From NCBI GenBank assembly GCA_951406725.2, contig OX597815.1, positions 113,584,001 to 113,648,000 of the forward strand: a stretch of 64,000 nucleotides of DNA, in the 5' to 3' direction. The notes under the pieces were generated by a model, which was not told the DNA's origin, made no database searches, and saw nothing but the letters and a program-made list of their open reading frames with translations. The position numbers and the translations under genes are program-made. The stretch is from Octopus vulgaris (Eukaryota). Every line of letters starts with the position of its first letter. The first letter of the stretch is position 1. Positions 51,111 to 63,850 of this stretch are shown piece after piece.

Positions 51111-54100
51111 GTCATTTACTTTTAATCTGCATGTTTGATGCAATCACCTGCCGGGGCACACCCAGCGCCCTAGGGCAAGTGAAGGTTAAGAGTTGTTGAA
51201 ATATAGCTGAAAGCTTGGGGAGGGGAAGTAGAGATATATCTCCATGTAATGCAAACACAAACATTTACATTGATAGGGTTTTTCTAAGGATGTGGGCAGT
51301 ACTTGTTAGCACAATCTTTTGGATTTCCTTGAGACATGGTTTTCCAGGGATATTGTCTAGGTGTTTCTGACATCCCTTTTTTATCATACCTAGGGCACCT
51401 ACAATAACAGGAACAGTTTTTGTTTTAAGATTCCACATCCTCTGTATTTCGATTTCCAGGTCCTTATATTTACTAAGTTTGTCAAATTCCTTGACAGATA
51501 CATTTTTATCAGTGGGGACGCTTACTTCTATTAGTCTGCAGGTATTTTCTTCCCTGTCTTTAACAATTATGTCTGGTCGATTAGCCTTGATCGTTCTGTC
51601 AGTGTTGACTGGAAAATCCCAGAGGATGGTGACATCTTTACCTTCAACAACTGGCTGAGGATGGTGTTCATACCAGTTAGCAGGAGTGTCGGATTTGTAG
51701 TGTTTACATATCTTCCAATGTATATACTGTCCTACCATATCGTGGCGATTTTTGTATTCGTTTGGTGTCAGCACAGGACATCCCGAAATGAGATGGTCTA
51801 TCGTTTCGTCAAATGTGTCGCAGAATCTGCATTTAGGGTCAGTACCGTTTCGGAGAACGTTAGCCTGGTAATTTCTGGTAAACAAGCTTTGATCTTGTGC
51901 TGCCATTATGAAACCTTCAGTCTCTGCTTTCAATCCAGAGCTCTTCAGCCACTGATGGGTTGTTGCTTGGTCTACATCAGCATTTTGGCTTCGGAGAATA
52001 TATTGTCCATGCAGGGGCTTCTGGCTCCACCGCCTCTCAATTTGATTCTGCCCGTTCTTTTTTGCAGTCTGCTTGATTCGCTTTGCTTGCTTGGTAGCAG
52101 TGGTTTCCGGCTCTTCATCTGATTCAAGGTTAATGTCTAGATCCCTTTCGAACTTATAAGCTTCCTTCACAATAGAATGTAGCTTTTTGCTGCTTTCGTG
52201 TTCGCACACAAGTCGCAGCATCCAGTCCTTTGTACTAGATAGGTACCTGTTCATTCCTACAGTAGAGGTCTTATAGCACAGCTCTAATTGCATCATTCCT
52301 CTCCCCCGCTGCTTCTAGGTAGGTACAAGCGGTCTACATCTGCCTTAGGGTGGTGCATGCTCTTGGATGTCAGTAACTTTCTTGTCTTCCTGTCCAAGCG
52401 TTGGAGTTCCGTAAGGTTCCAGTTAATGATGTTAAAACTGTACTGGACTACTGGAAGTGCCAGGGTGTTAATGGCCTCAATGCAATTTTTGGAGTTGAGT
52501 TCAGTCTTCAGTACAAGCCTTATTCTCCTGTAGTATTCCTTTCTTATTTTTTCCTTCATAGTAGCATGATGTATACCATCTCCTTCGTTGATTCCTAGGT
52601 ATTTGTAACTTTCCTGTGGGTCAAGTTCCTTGATGGTAGTGTCAATATCTAATTTAACAGAAGCTGTTTGCCTGAGCTTGCCTCTTACAAAAGTTGCTTT
52701 AGCACACTTATCAAGGCCAAAATCCATTCCGATATCATTGCTAAACTCTTTAACAGTTGTTAGCAGCCCTTCTAGCTCTTGGTCATTCCTGGCAAACAGC
52801 TTTAGGTCGTCCATATAGAAAAGGTGGTTTATTAACTTACTAAAAACTTTGTACCCATATCTGGTACTATCCAATTCGTTTGAGAGTGTGATCAGTGCCA
52901 TGCAAAAAAGTAATGGAGAGAGGGAGTCACCTTGAAAGATGCCTCGTTTGATGTTGATGCTGTTGGACTGGCTCATCCCATTACTATGGCTTAGAAAGAG
53001 ACGTGTGTTCCACATGGTCATGCTATTCTCTAAGAATTTTGAGACGACAGGAGAGATCTTGTATATCTCAAGGGCCTTGAGTATCCATTTATGTGGGACA
53101 CTGTCATACGCTTTCCTGTAGTCTATCCATGCCATACTCAGGTTTTTGTTTTTGCTCCGGCAATTCTCTACAATCATTCTGTTTATGAGCAATTGGTCTT
53201 TGCACCCATAAGAGTTTCTTTTACAACCTTTTTGAGCTTGTGGAAGGATAGAATTTTGTTCAAGGAAAGCGTACATTCTCTCCGTTATTATGGATGTGAG
53301 GATTTTGTAGGTGGTGTTGAGACATGTTATTGGCCGGTAATTCTTTGGGTTTTTTGTGTCTTCGGTTTTAGGTAATAGGTAGGTGGTTCCTTCAGTCAGC
53401 CAAGCAGGTATTTGCTCTGGGTTCTGAATGACATCAGACAGAGATGCAGCGAGATGTTCGTGTACCTCTGTCAAACAATTCAGCCAGAAGTTAGGGATCC
53501 GATCCAGTCCTGGGGTTTTCCATTTATGAGCCTTCCTAAGGACACACCTTAGCTCCTCTATTCCTATTGCTTCCCATTTCTGTTCTTCAAGTTCATCCAG
53601 TCTCTCTTTCTCACGTTCTATCCAGTCAGCCTCAGCATTAAACTCTTTTTCGTTGCTCCATACCTTCTTCCAGAACTCCTCCACTTCCTCAATCTTAGGT
53701 GGATCTTCTATGTGTATTTTATTTTTGCCAATTTCCCTATAAAATTTCTTTGCATCTGTCTTAAAAAATTTATTTTGTCGATAAAATTTGTTTCTTTCAA
53801 CTGTATCCGTTTCTTTCAACTGTCGATAAAATTTGTTTCTTTCAACTGTATCCGTTGTTTCAACAGTTCCTTAGTTGCAGGGAGGTTTATGAGATCTTTG
53901 ATTTTATATTTTTGCTTGATTTTTCTAGCTTTTCTCGGCTTAATATTCACTCCTCTAGCAAGCTCATCGAGAACTGAAACATCCGCCCGCAGAGATTCAA
54001 TCTCTTTTTGTATCGCTACTTTCCACTTAGGAGGTTCATTGACATGCCTGGCCTTTTTCTTTGTCATCTTAATACCTAGTTGGGTAGTTACTACTTTAGC

Positions 54101-54415
54101 AGTGGAATAAATGAGATTATTTAAGGTTGTCAAATCATTCCCCTTATTTCTTAAGATCTGTCCTAGGGCAACGTTATATGTCATGATTGTGTTGTTATTT
54201 CTTGTGCCATTTGAAAACTTTGGTAGTGGTTCTCTATTAACCATGTCAGTGAGCTCAATCTTGCCGAGTTCTCTCATAATGTCCACTTTTGCTTCCATAA
54301 TCTTTTCTCTATTATTTACCTCAAATTCTATGTCATATCTATTTTGGTTTTCTTGAGGAAGGTCTACGTTCTCCTCTTTTTTCAAATCTCTCGTCTTCGC
54401 TATTCTTTGTTTAAC
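51111..54415 (-). mobile_element. Young 5'-truncated R4/Dong-clade non-LTR retrotransposon flanked by (TAA)n
   Basis: RT, CCHC finger and restriction-like endonuclease; (TAA)n tracts at 51088-51110 and 54416-54490; reading frame open up to the 5' junction. Confidence 0.92.
51265..54415 (-). pseudogene. R4/Dong ORF (RT, CCHC, RLE) in three frames
   Basis: YRPITCL, WIDYRKAYDSVPH, GIFQGDSLSPLLF, FYMDDLKLF, CRFC..ETIDHLISGC, RPDIIV..IEVSVP..KLSKYKDL; frameshifts at about 53800 and 52305. Confidence 0.9.
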
Positions 54416-54467
<52 letters not shown>

Positions 54468-54929
54468 CATTATTATCATTATTATTATTAGTCAAGACGA
54501 AGAGCGTGATTCGATTGTAAGATATTTTATTAGTTGAACGATATTTCAACAGTACGTCTGTCTGTGACAAGTTCAAAATAAGAAGTGATAAAAATTCAAA
54601 GTTACAGAAATTTAAATGTAAAGTATGAACGAGAGCAACCAGTGTCCACACGTTGATGGAATGACATCATCAGTTTTTAAGTTGCAATTTTATAACAGGC
54701 GAAAAGAAGAAAACATAAAAAACAGAAGAAAGAACATGACAGAAAAAAAGAAAAGAAAAAGAGAGAAAGAAGAATATTTAATCAAACAGTTTTGTATAAA
54801 TTTGATGATATTCTCTTGTCATTTTATTCATTCCTCCAAGGCATGATGTTAATAACTCACAAACTTATTTCTCCTCATACATTCTGAGAAGTGAAAGTGA
54901 AGCAGATTCAAAACTGCAGCCACTTGAAA

Positions 54930-55505
54930 TGAAATGTTCAGCAAGTTCTGTCGAACTACTGTTATTGTGCCTGACATCGAACCTGTGCCTTGGGTATGTG
55001 CTGTAGTTTGTTGTGACGCTCTCATTTTTACTGTATTGAAAGTGGTTTACATAGCATGTGTGCAGTGCCTATTAGTGCTATTTATATCTAATGCGCTTAC
55101 TATGATAGGAATTGTTCTTGTCTTCAGACTCCACATTCAAGTTACCTCTATTTCCAGATCTTTGTATTTTGAAAGTTTCTCCATTTCTTTTAGAGAAACA
55201 TTATCATCTGTTGGTTTTGATACATCGATTAAAAGGTATTTTTTTCCTGATGATCTCTGACAACTATATATGGCCCATTGGCCTTAATTTCTCTGTCTGC
55301 GTTTATTGGTATATCCCAGAATATGGTTGCTTTCTCATTTGCTGTGACCTTTTCTGGCGTGTGCCTATACCATCTGTTTTCTGTTGTTATTCCATAGTGT
55401 TGGCATAACTTCCAGTGTATATAGGTCCCAACTCTGTTGTATCTGTGAACATAATCCTTCTTAGCCAGGACTGGGCAGCCAGAGACAATATGATTTATTG
55501 TTTCT
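54930..55505 (-). mobile_element. R4/Dong 3' fragment (older family)
   Basis: EETINHIVSGCPVLAK..YIHWKLC..IFWDIP..KLSKYKDLEIEVT..GTAHMLCK. Confidence 0.85.
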
Positions 55506-55517
55506 TCTCCATTTTTT

Positions 55518-55700
55518 ATTATTACCTTTGCCTTAGTGAAGGTAGAGGTATTGTTTTCAGTCATGTTTGTTTGTTTGTTTGCTTGTCCATTGAAGGATTT
55601 TATTTCAGATATTCTCATTTTAAAAATCATCTCCGGTTAATCGTTGAGAAGATGTTGGTGTTGTGTTGGTAGAGATTTGCACTCTCTGAGTGCTCGCGTT
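55518..55700 (+). mobile_element. Helentron/HINE-like non-autonomous element
   Basis: 5' ttattacctttgcc..ggtagaggt, internal (GTTT)n, 3' ggtagagat followed by the hairpin gcactc-tct-gagtgc. Confidence 0.55.
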
Positions 55701-56691
55701 GTTGTTGTTGTTGTTGTTGTTGCTGCTGCTGCTGCTGCTGCTGTTGTTGTTGTTGTTGTTGTTGTTGTTATTTCCCTACCACCTTATAGTTTTTAACCAC
55801 TATTTTCCAATGTTGGTAATGTCATTAGGTAAATTAGTATAAACTAATTCACAAATGATATAATTGTTCACCATTTGAAATAGTAATCCATTCATCATTT
55901 AGATCAGACCAGTGCATATACAAGGCAACAACTAATTTCTTATATTGTATATAAATGAAGCAAACAGAACATGCAACTAATTCATACTTTTCATAAATGC
56001 TGTTTGGTTGAAAATCTTTCATCTCAACTACACACAGTACTGTATGGCACTTTGAGCAAGTATCTTCTGCTATAGGCCTAGGTCAGCCAAAGCCTTGTAT
56101 GTAGGTTTGGTTGATGGAAACTGAAAGAAACCTTGTGTAATATATGTGTATGTGTGTGTCCTTGTCTAGACATCATGTGATGGTTGTAAATGAGCATCAT
56201 TACCAAACAAGCAAAGTTGTTTGTTTCTAGTCTTCTGTGAAAAATGTCAGGCCAGGGAGAAATATTACTTTGCTTGGAAACATGTGAGGGTTAGTGACTG
56301 CAACAGGATGAAAAGTGCCACCTAGGGTGGACTGCCCCTAGCTACTCTAGTGGTCTGAATTAAAGGTGGGATGGTCAAAACTTTGACAATAGGTCTGTTG
56401 AATCAGAGAACATATCTTTGTTTTTACTTTCTGTCTGGAGGAAGTGGCATTGCCTATGGCTTTTGCTGGCCATCTAAAACTGCTAGTATTGTTCCACTTA
56501 AACTAATGCAAGTTGAAACATGCAAAAAAAAAAAAAAGATACGAACAAAGACAGCTGGGAAACAACTCAATCACACATGCAAATGAGGGAACTACTATAT
56601 GGTTGCTTGGTCTGCAAGAAATAGCAACCAAATCTCTTTCAAACCAAATCCTACCTTTAAAAAAAGAAAGCAAGAGCACATTTCTGGATAC

Positions 56692-57245
56692 ACATCATCA
56701 TTGTTTAACGTCCGCTTTCCATGCTAGCATGGGTTGGACAATTTTGACTGAGGGCTGGCAAACCAGATGGCTGCACCAGGCTCCAATCTTGATCTGGCAC
56801 AGTTTCTACAGCTGGATGCCCTTCCTAACACCAACCACTCAGAGAGTGTAGTGGGTGCTTTTTACGTGTCACCAACACGGGGCCAGTCAGGTGGTACTGG
56901 CAATGACCTCACTCAAATCTTTTTACACATGCCATCGGCACAGATGCCAGTAAGGCAATGTTGGTAACGATCACGCTCGAATCGTGCCCTTTTATGTGCC
57001 ACCAGCATGGAAGCCAGTTGGCTGCTCTGGCAACGACCACGCTCGGATGGTGCTCTTGGCACCCTACTTGCATGGGCACAAATGCCAGTAAGGTGACGCT
57101 GGTAACGATCACACTTGAATGATGCCCTTTTATGTGTCACTGGCATGGAAGCCGGTTAGCCGCTCTGTCAAACAATCACACTCGTATGGTGCTCTTTGCA
57201 TCCCACTTGCAAGGATGCCAGTCATTGAATTTGATTTTGATTTTG
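56692..57245 (-). mobile_element. RTE 3' end with rearranged 6-unit array
   Basis: Common tail; units homologous to those at 45062 and 48885. Confidence 0.85.
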
Positions 57246-58227
57246 GAGTTTGGAAAACGATGGGATGGTCATGGCCAGAATGTCTTTGGTCATACATCTG
57301 CATGATCAAAGCTAACCTGGGGCTAAAAACATCAACACATGTGTCAACATTTACTTTTGTCCTCAGGAAATCATAAATTCTTGTCTTTACCATTATCAGT
57401 TGCTAATTCTTTTAACCCTTATAAAACAACAGATAGAACAAGCTATGATTTTTGTGCTAGAATTAAAACAGTGCCAATCTTCTCAAGAATATTTATATAT
57501 TTTTTTTATCTAATGAGCTCCAGACATTTTAGTTACAAGATTATATAAATTAGCTCTCTTATTCTCTCTGTATCTTATAATTATAGATTCATCTTCTTAA
57601 GTTAGTCTCATCTTCAGTGTTAAACTTAAAGAAACTTCTTCATATCTATATTGGTCTTATTAAGCAAGCCACTATAGGTTATAGGAATGCCTTTATAACT
57701 AAGACATAATAATTATAAATGGCTTGCTTTAATATTTAATAGTTTACAACTGATGAGGCAAAAATGAGCTATATCTACTCTTTGTCTATTCAGCTCCTAA
57801 TACTGTAGTCTCTGCTCTTCAAAACTTGTGAACTCTATATCAACTACATTCATATCCTCATTTGATGCACTGCTTTGTCTTGCCTTTATCACCTTCATTG
57901 GGTCTTGCAGTAAACTTACATCTTTCAATCATGATTTTTTATAAATTTGAAGTTGAGAAAAAAAATATCTGAAGTAGGCCTATTTTATGAAAAAAATACC
58001 GATTTATTTTTCTTTGTACCACTTCAGATTTAATTATCTGTTTTGTAAACATTTTAATTACTGTTTTGCTAAAATGGAAATGTCTAATTCAGAAGACTGT
58101 GTTTGTTTCTAGTATTTGTAAATCTGTTCATCAATAAGTGGAATTGTGTGTCATTTCTTTTGTTATTGTTAATTTAACTTGAAATAATTATATTTAAAAA
58201 CAATATATTAATTTTTCTCTTAGTCAC

Positions 58228-58291
<64 letters not shown>

Positions 58292-58615
58292 TAATAATAA
58301 TATTGATAATAATAATGAAATTATTGTATACAGTGCTTAGGTGCACCACAACTTGTCAAAAGTGCGTATAAAGCATATGCAGTAATGTACAAATGTCTGG
58401 AAAGTGAACAGTGTATGAGTCAGATACATGCTTGCGTGTGTATGGAGGGGAGAAAATCAGGTGTAGTGTTGGCAAGTCTCAGGAAGCATGGAAGTTTTGA
58501 AGAATGCAGTGCTCCGACAACTAACAACTGATGCCAGCAGTTTGTTCCATGCTTCAGCAACTCTTAGCGTGAAAAAATGTTTCCGAAAGTCATGGGAGCT
58601 GTGCTGTTTTCTGAC
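58228..58615 (-). mobile_element. 5'-truncated CR1-clade LINE ending in (ATT)n
   Basis: VRKQHSSHDFRKHFFTLRVAEAWNKLLASVVSC..FFK, 3' UTR, then an (AAT)n tract at 58228-58317. Confidence 0.85.
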
Positions 58616-58616
58616 C

Positions 58617-59235
58617 TTTTACTTGTTTCAATCATTGGACTGTAGTCATGCTGGGGCACTGCTTTGAAGGGTCTAGTTGAACACATTGATTCAAGTACAG
58701 ACTTTTGAGTTTGGCATTTATTTTGTTAGTATCTTTTGTCAAACAATTAAGTTTATGGGGATAGACATGATTCACCACCAGGTGTCAAGCAATGGTGGGG
58801 GACAAACACAACACAAACAAAAAGACACACACACACAGACATATACATACATACATACATACATACATACATACATACATACATACATGCATGCATGCAT
58901 ATACGTATGTTTGTATGTTTGTATGTATGTATGTATGTATGTATGTATGTATGTATGTATGTATGCATGTATGTATGTATGTATGTATGCATGTAAGTTT
59001 GTATGTATGTATACATGTATGCATGTATGTATGTATGTATGTATGTATGTATGTATGTACATATATATATATATGGGCTTCTTCCAGTTTCGGTTTACCA
59101 AATCTATTTACAAGGCATCTGTTAGCCCGAATCTATAGTAGAAGATATTTGCTCAAAGTGCTGTGCAGAGGGACTGAACTTAGGACCCCAAGGTTGGGAA
59201 GCAATCTTTTTAAACACACAGTCAAGACTGCCTAT
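58617..59235 (-). mobile_element. SINE family A with expanded (TACA)n/(TATG)n linker
   Basis: Family A tail, body and head on the minus strand. Confidence 0.75.
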
Positions 59236-59601
59236 ATTGTAAATCCAAATAATTGAGCAAAACAGTATAAAAATAAGGTTGTCAAGGAGTAAATGGTGAC
59301 CTTTACTTAGAAGAAGTTAGCGAGTGCTTGGTCTAATCCTTCTTTCCTAATACCATATACATCATAATCTGGAACTCAGCATCCATTCGTATTTTGTTTA
59401 CCAAACTTTCTTTCACCTTATGCTTTTATGAACAATAGTATCATTGGGTATAAGTTTCAGCCAATCAGTCATTGGTTTACTGCATATCCAATTTTAAGAG
59501 TGATGAGGGAATGTTTTTGCAATTTGGGTAGAATAAATATCACAAGCGATTTTTGCTCAAATGCCCCAGTTTGTCTGTTTTAGTACTAATGTATATTGGC
59601 G

Positions 59602-59638
<37 letters not shown>

Positions 59639-60271
59639 TAAATAAAAGGAGCTCAGAAAATGTCATTAGTGTTTATGCTTTATTATCATCATGTAGCACA
59701 TAAAATTCAGTAAACAAGCAAAACATCAACTTTGTGAGCTTAAAAGCCATATAAATGGGAACTTTTGTCACATAACTGGGATATTTAAGCTCAAGTAATT
59801 GATGTTTTACTGGTATTCTGAAATATGTGAATGTTATATGATACAAAAATACTGATTATGTTCTCCGTGTTCTGTTCACATAAGCAGTGTGTGGACTCTA
59901 TACACTAGCCTAACTAACATCATGAAGATTATTTAACCATGCTGGAGATAGGAGTAGAGTGTGAGCTGATCTATCTTTTGGTAATGTGCTGTACTGTCGA
60001 GCACACCTTTTGAACAATATATATGTATAATCGTTATCCTCCTCCTCCTCCTCATCATCATCCTCATCCTTTAACATCTGTTTTCCATGCTGGCATAGGT
60101 TGGACGGCTTGACAGGAGCTGACAAACAGAGAACTGCACCAAGCTTCACTGCCTTTGTTTTTTGGCATGGTTTTACAACCAGATGCCCTTCCTAATGCCA
60201 ACGACTTTACAAATTGGACTGGGTGCATTTTATGTGGCACCAGCACTGGCATATGTCTGTTTATCTATCTA

Positions 60272-60384
<113 letters not shown>

Positions 60385-60607
60385 TCTTTTGTATCTGGGG
60401 AGAGTCATTTTCTTTTTGCGCCTTATAATGTAACACACTCACCGGTAAAATTCCCACTTATTTCTTATTTTATTTTCCTAAAATTTTCGTTGCTTCTTGC
60501 AACCTTTTCAATAATCTTGACTCAGTCCGTTATTTAAACTGCGTTATTTTCACGCTTCAACACAAGAACTCATATAAAGAATCTTGCAAACCAAATCCAA
60601 AAATGAA

Positions 60608-60640
<33 letters not shown>

Positions 60641-60821
60641 GAGCTAAAAACCACTATGTGGACAGCCATACGCTAGAAATAGATCACCTACGATGATTTA
60701 GCCCTTAAAATATACACATGTATTAGAATTTTCTCTGATTTTTCAGATTTTTGTATGCTAGGCTACTGGTTTTAAATTGATATTAATTAAATTAATATTC
60801 AATTTCTCCCTCATTATTTAA

Positions 60822-60871
<50 letters not shown>

Positions 60872-61200
60872 ACATATCCATATATATATATATATACACA
60901 TACACACACATAAATTTAAATAGAGGTTAAAATAACCACTTTAAGAGATAAAAAGTATCCAATGAATTACTGGTTTGTTACCCAATATTTTGTTGTGAAT
61001 AGTAATATTCCTAAAATAATATGTTTAAGTATAAATCTTGGTTTATAGATATTCAAATTAAAATCCAGAAAATGGAGAAGTAGCATTAATATAATTTATT
61101 AACTGCAAAAATTTAACATGTTCACTTACAGCTGTTTCGATTTTGCCCAAAAGAATTAAATTCCAGTGATCAAAACTTTTCCATTTTCTGGATTTTAATT

Positions 61201-61243
<43 letters not shown>

Positions 61244-61249
61244 TAATCA

Positions 61250-61897
61250 TCATCATTATTTAATGTCCATTTTCCAAGCTGGCATGGGTTGAACAGTTTG
61301 ACTGAGGTATGGAGAGCCAGCAGCTGCACCACCAGGCTCCAATCAGATCTAGCAATGTATCTACAGCTGGATGCCCTTCCTAATGCCAACAATTCCAAGA
61401 GTGTAGTGGGTGCTTTTTATGTGCCACCAGCACAGGAGCAACTCAGGCGGGCCTAGCATCTATCACGTTCAGCTGGTGCTTTTTACGTGCCACCGGCAGG
61501 AGAGCCAGTCAGTGGGTACTGGAATTAGTCATGTTTGGTTGGTGCTTTTTATGTGCCACTGGCACAGGAGCAAGTCAGGTAGGCCTAGCATCAATCACGT
61601 TCAAATGGTGCTTTTTACGTGCCACCGGCATGGAAGCCAATCAGTGGGTACTGGAATTAGTCATGTTTAGTTGGTGCTTTTTACATGCCACTAGCATGGG
61701 AGCCAGTCGGGGGAAACTGGCCCCAGCTACGATATTGGTTTTACTTGACTCAACAGGTCTTCTCAAGAATATTATATCGCCCGACGCATCAGGGGTATTC
61801 TTTAACAGGGCCAGATATGCGTGGCTGTGATCTCACTTTAGTTGCCAGGTCTTCTCAATCACAGCATATCTCCAAAGGTCCTGGTCTCCTGTCATTT
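61250..61897 (-). mobile_element. RTE 3' end with alternating A/B unit array
   Basis: Five ggtgcttttta(c/t)gtgccac repeats with alternating spacers; common tail. Confidence 0.85.
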
Positions 61898-62784
61898 CAA
61901 AATTAATAGCATAATTTTGACTTGATGGCAAGTGCTACACTGTAAAATCAAAAGTAACTTGCATCATTCAGTTTGTTGTCATCATCATCATCATTTAGCG
62001 TCCATTTTTCCAAGCTGGCATTGGTTAGACAGTTTGATTAGAGCTGGTAAGCCGGAGAGCTGCACCAGGCTCCTGTTGTCTGTTTTGGCTTGGTTTCTAT
62101 GGTTTGATGCCCTTCTTGATGCCAACCATTATAGAGGTTGTACCTAGTATCTTTTACATACCACTGGCATGGGCCACAAACTTCATTCACTAAGCTTGAC
62201 ATATCTTCTCAAGCATAGCAAATTGCCAGAAGTCTTGGTCACTTGTCATCAACTTCTTGAGGTTCAACAATGACAGATAAATATATATATATATATATAT
62301 ATAGTACAAAGTAAGATAGGGGTTATGGGTGTAACCCACTATGGGATAGTATTTATCCAATATACTGTTGGTACAGTACCCAGATTCTTAATACATAAAT
62401 GTTTTCAATTGCAATGCAATTAACTCATTTATTGTATTAAACTGGTGAAGGTAAAGAAGTATTTTTACTGTAAATTTATAATACAAATAAGAAAATGGAG
62501 AAACAAATTTAGTTTGTTCATCAACTTTTGGATATTATAATGTTGGATTATTTATTCATTTAACAAAATGAGAACCTCAATAACATATATATATCTTATA
62601 ATTCAATACATATAAGATATAAGATAAGAATGCAAATTAAAAAAGTCATAATAAAGATATATATGTATGCTATTTTGTTAAGTGAATAAATAATCCAACA
62701 TTATTAAATCCAAGAGTTGATGAACAAAGTAAATTTGTTTCTCCATTTTCTTATTTGTATTATAAGTCAAAAAAAAAAAGTCAA

Positions 62785-63335
62785 AAAAGTCGAAGCACCT
62801 CAAAGGGCAATCACAAAAAAGATAGATGGCATGACAGGCCTCGACTATTGGGGTCGACTAGAAAAGCTAAAACTCTATTCTCTCCAACGTCGTCGTGAGC
62901 GCTACATCATCTGCATGATGTGGAAAATATTCCATCAGCATTGCCCAAATGATGTTGGCATCACCTTTAAGGTACATCCAAGGCTTGGGCCCCGTGCCAT
63001 CCGCCCAAAACAAAAATCGCACTCTCATCTCATAACAACAATACGGCACAATTATTTCACCTCAATTGGCCCCGCTCTCTTTAACATTACACCAAAACAC
63101 ATTAAAACAGAAACTGACCCTATAGGGTTCAAGAAGTCTTTGGACAGATTCCTTCAAGAAATCCCGGATAAACCCCCTACACCCGGATATGTCTCTGTAA
63201 ACAATAACTCTCTACTTGAGTGGGCCATAGTGCCCAAATTCTGACTTGAAAGACTTCACCAGGTGGTGCTATTAAGTTAGACATGGCCTGGGCCAATAAT
63301 GGCCGAAACCTATCAAAGTATCAAAGTATAAAGTA
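62785..63335 (+). mobile_element. Young 5'-truncated CR1/L2-group LINE with (TATCAAAG)n-like tail
   Basis: Uninterrupted EAPQRAITKKIDGMTGLDYWGRLEKLKLYSLQRRRERY..PALFN..FKKSLDRFLQEIPDKP..NSLLEW..*; short 3' UTR; tail tatcaaagtatcaaagtataaagta. Confidence 0.88.
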
Positions 63336-63731
63336 CATACATGCATACATGCACATACATATATGTATACATATATATATATGTATATACATATGTGTGT
63401 GTGTGCATGCACACATGCACGCGTGTGCGTGCACACACACACACACACACAGATAAGACAAGCTTCTGCACAGTTTTTACTGGCCAAATTTCACTCACAA
63501 GTTATTGGTCAACTTACGGTTTTGATAGAAAACGTTTGCTTAAGGTTTCTGCAAAGTAGTGACATCAAACTTGGAAATGCAGCTGCAAAGCAAACTTCTT
63601 ACCAAATATTTCACGCCTGCACTATCTATAATAATTTTAACTGCATATTTACTTTTTCTATTAACCCATACACCCACCACAACTGGTAGAACCTAACATG
63701 ACTACAAGTACTCACTCATTTTTTTCTTCAG

Positions 63732-63850
63732 ATTTTGAAATAAGAAAGCTTAAAGTGAATGTTTGCTGTTTGAAAAATTTTTTTAACCCTATCATGAAAG
63801 AAGTAGAGAAAGCCTTAAATGGTAACTTAATATGGCTATACCTAGTGATG
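63732..63850 (+). other. Candidate exon of an unidentified gene
   Basis: Strong acceptor (T)n-cttcag and donor ATG|gtgagt; open frame FEIRKLKVNVCCLKNFFNPIMKEVEKALNGNLIWLYLVM; no recognised homology. Confidence 0.3.

Noticed and set aside
52296-52310. Programmed ribosomal frameshift in the R4 ORF
   Set aside because: R4 elements have a single ORF; a 1-bp homopolymer loss explains the break.
57748-57775. Hammerhead at CTGATGAGGC
   Set aside because: No GAAA and no convincing stems.
62717-63244. 175-aa host gene
   Set aside because: It is a LINE RT C-terminus fused by chance to AT-rich flank.
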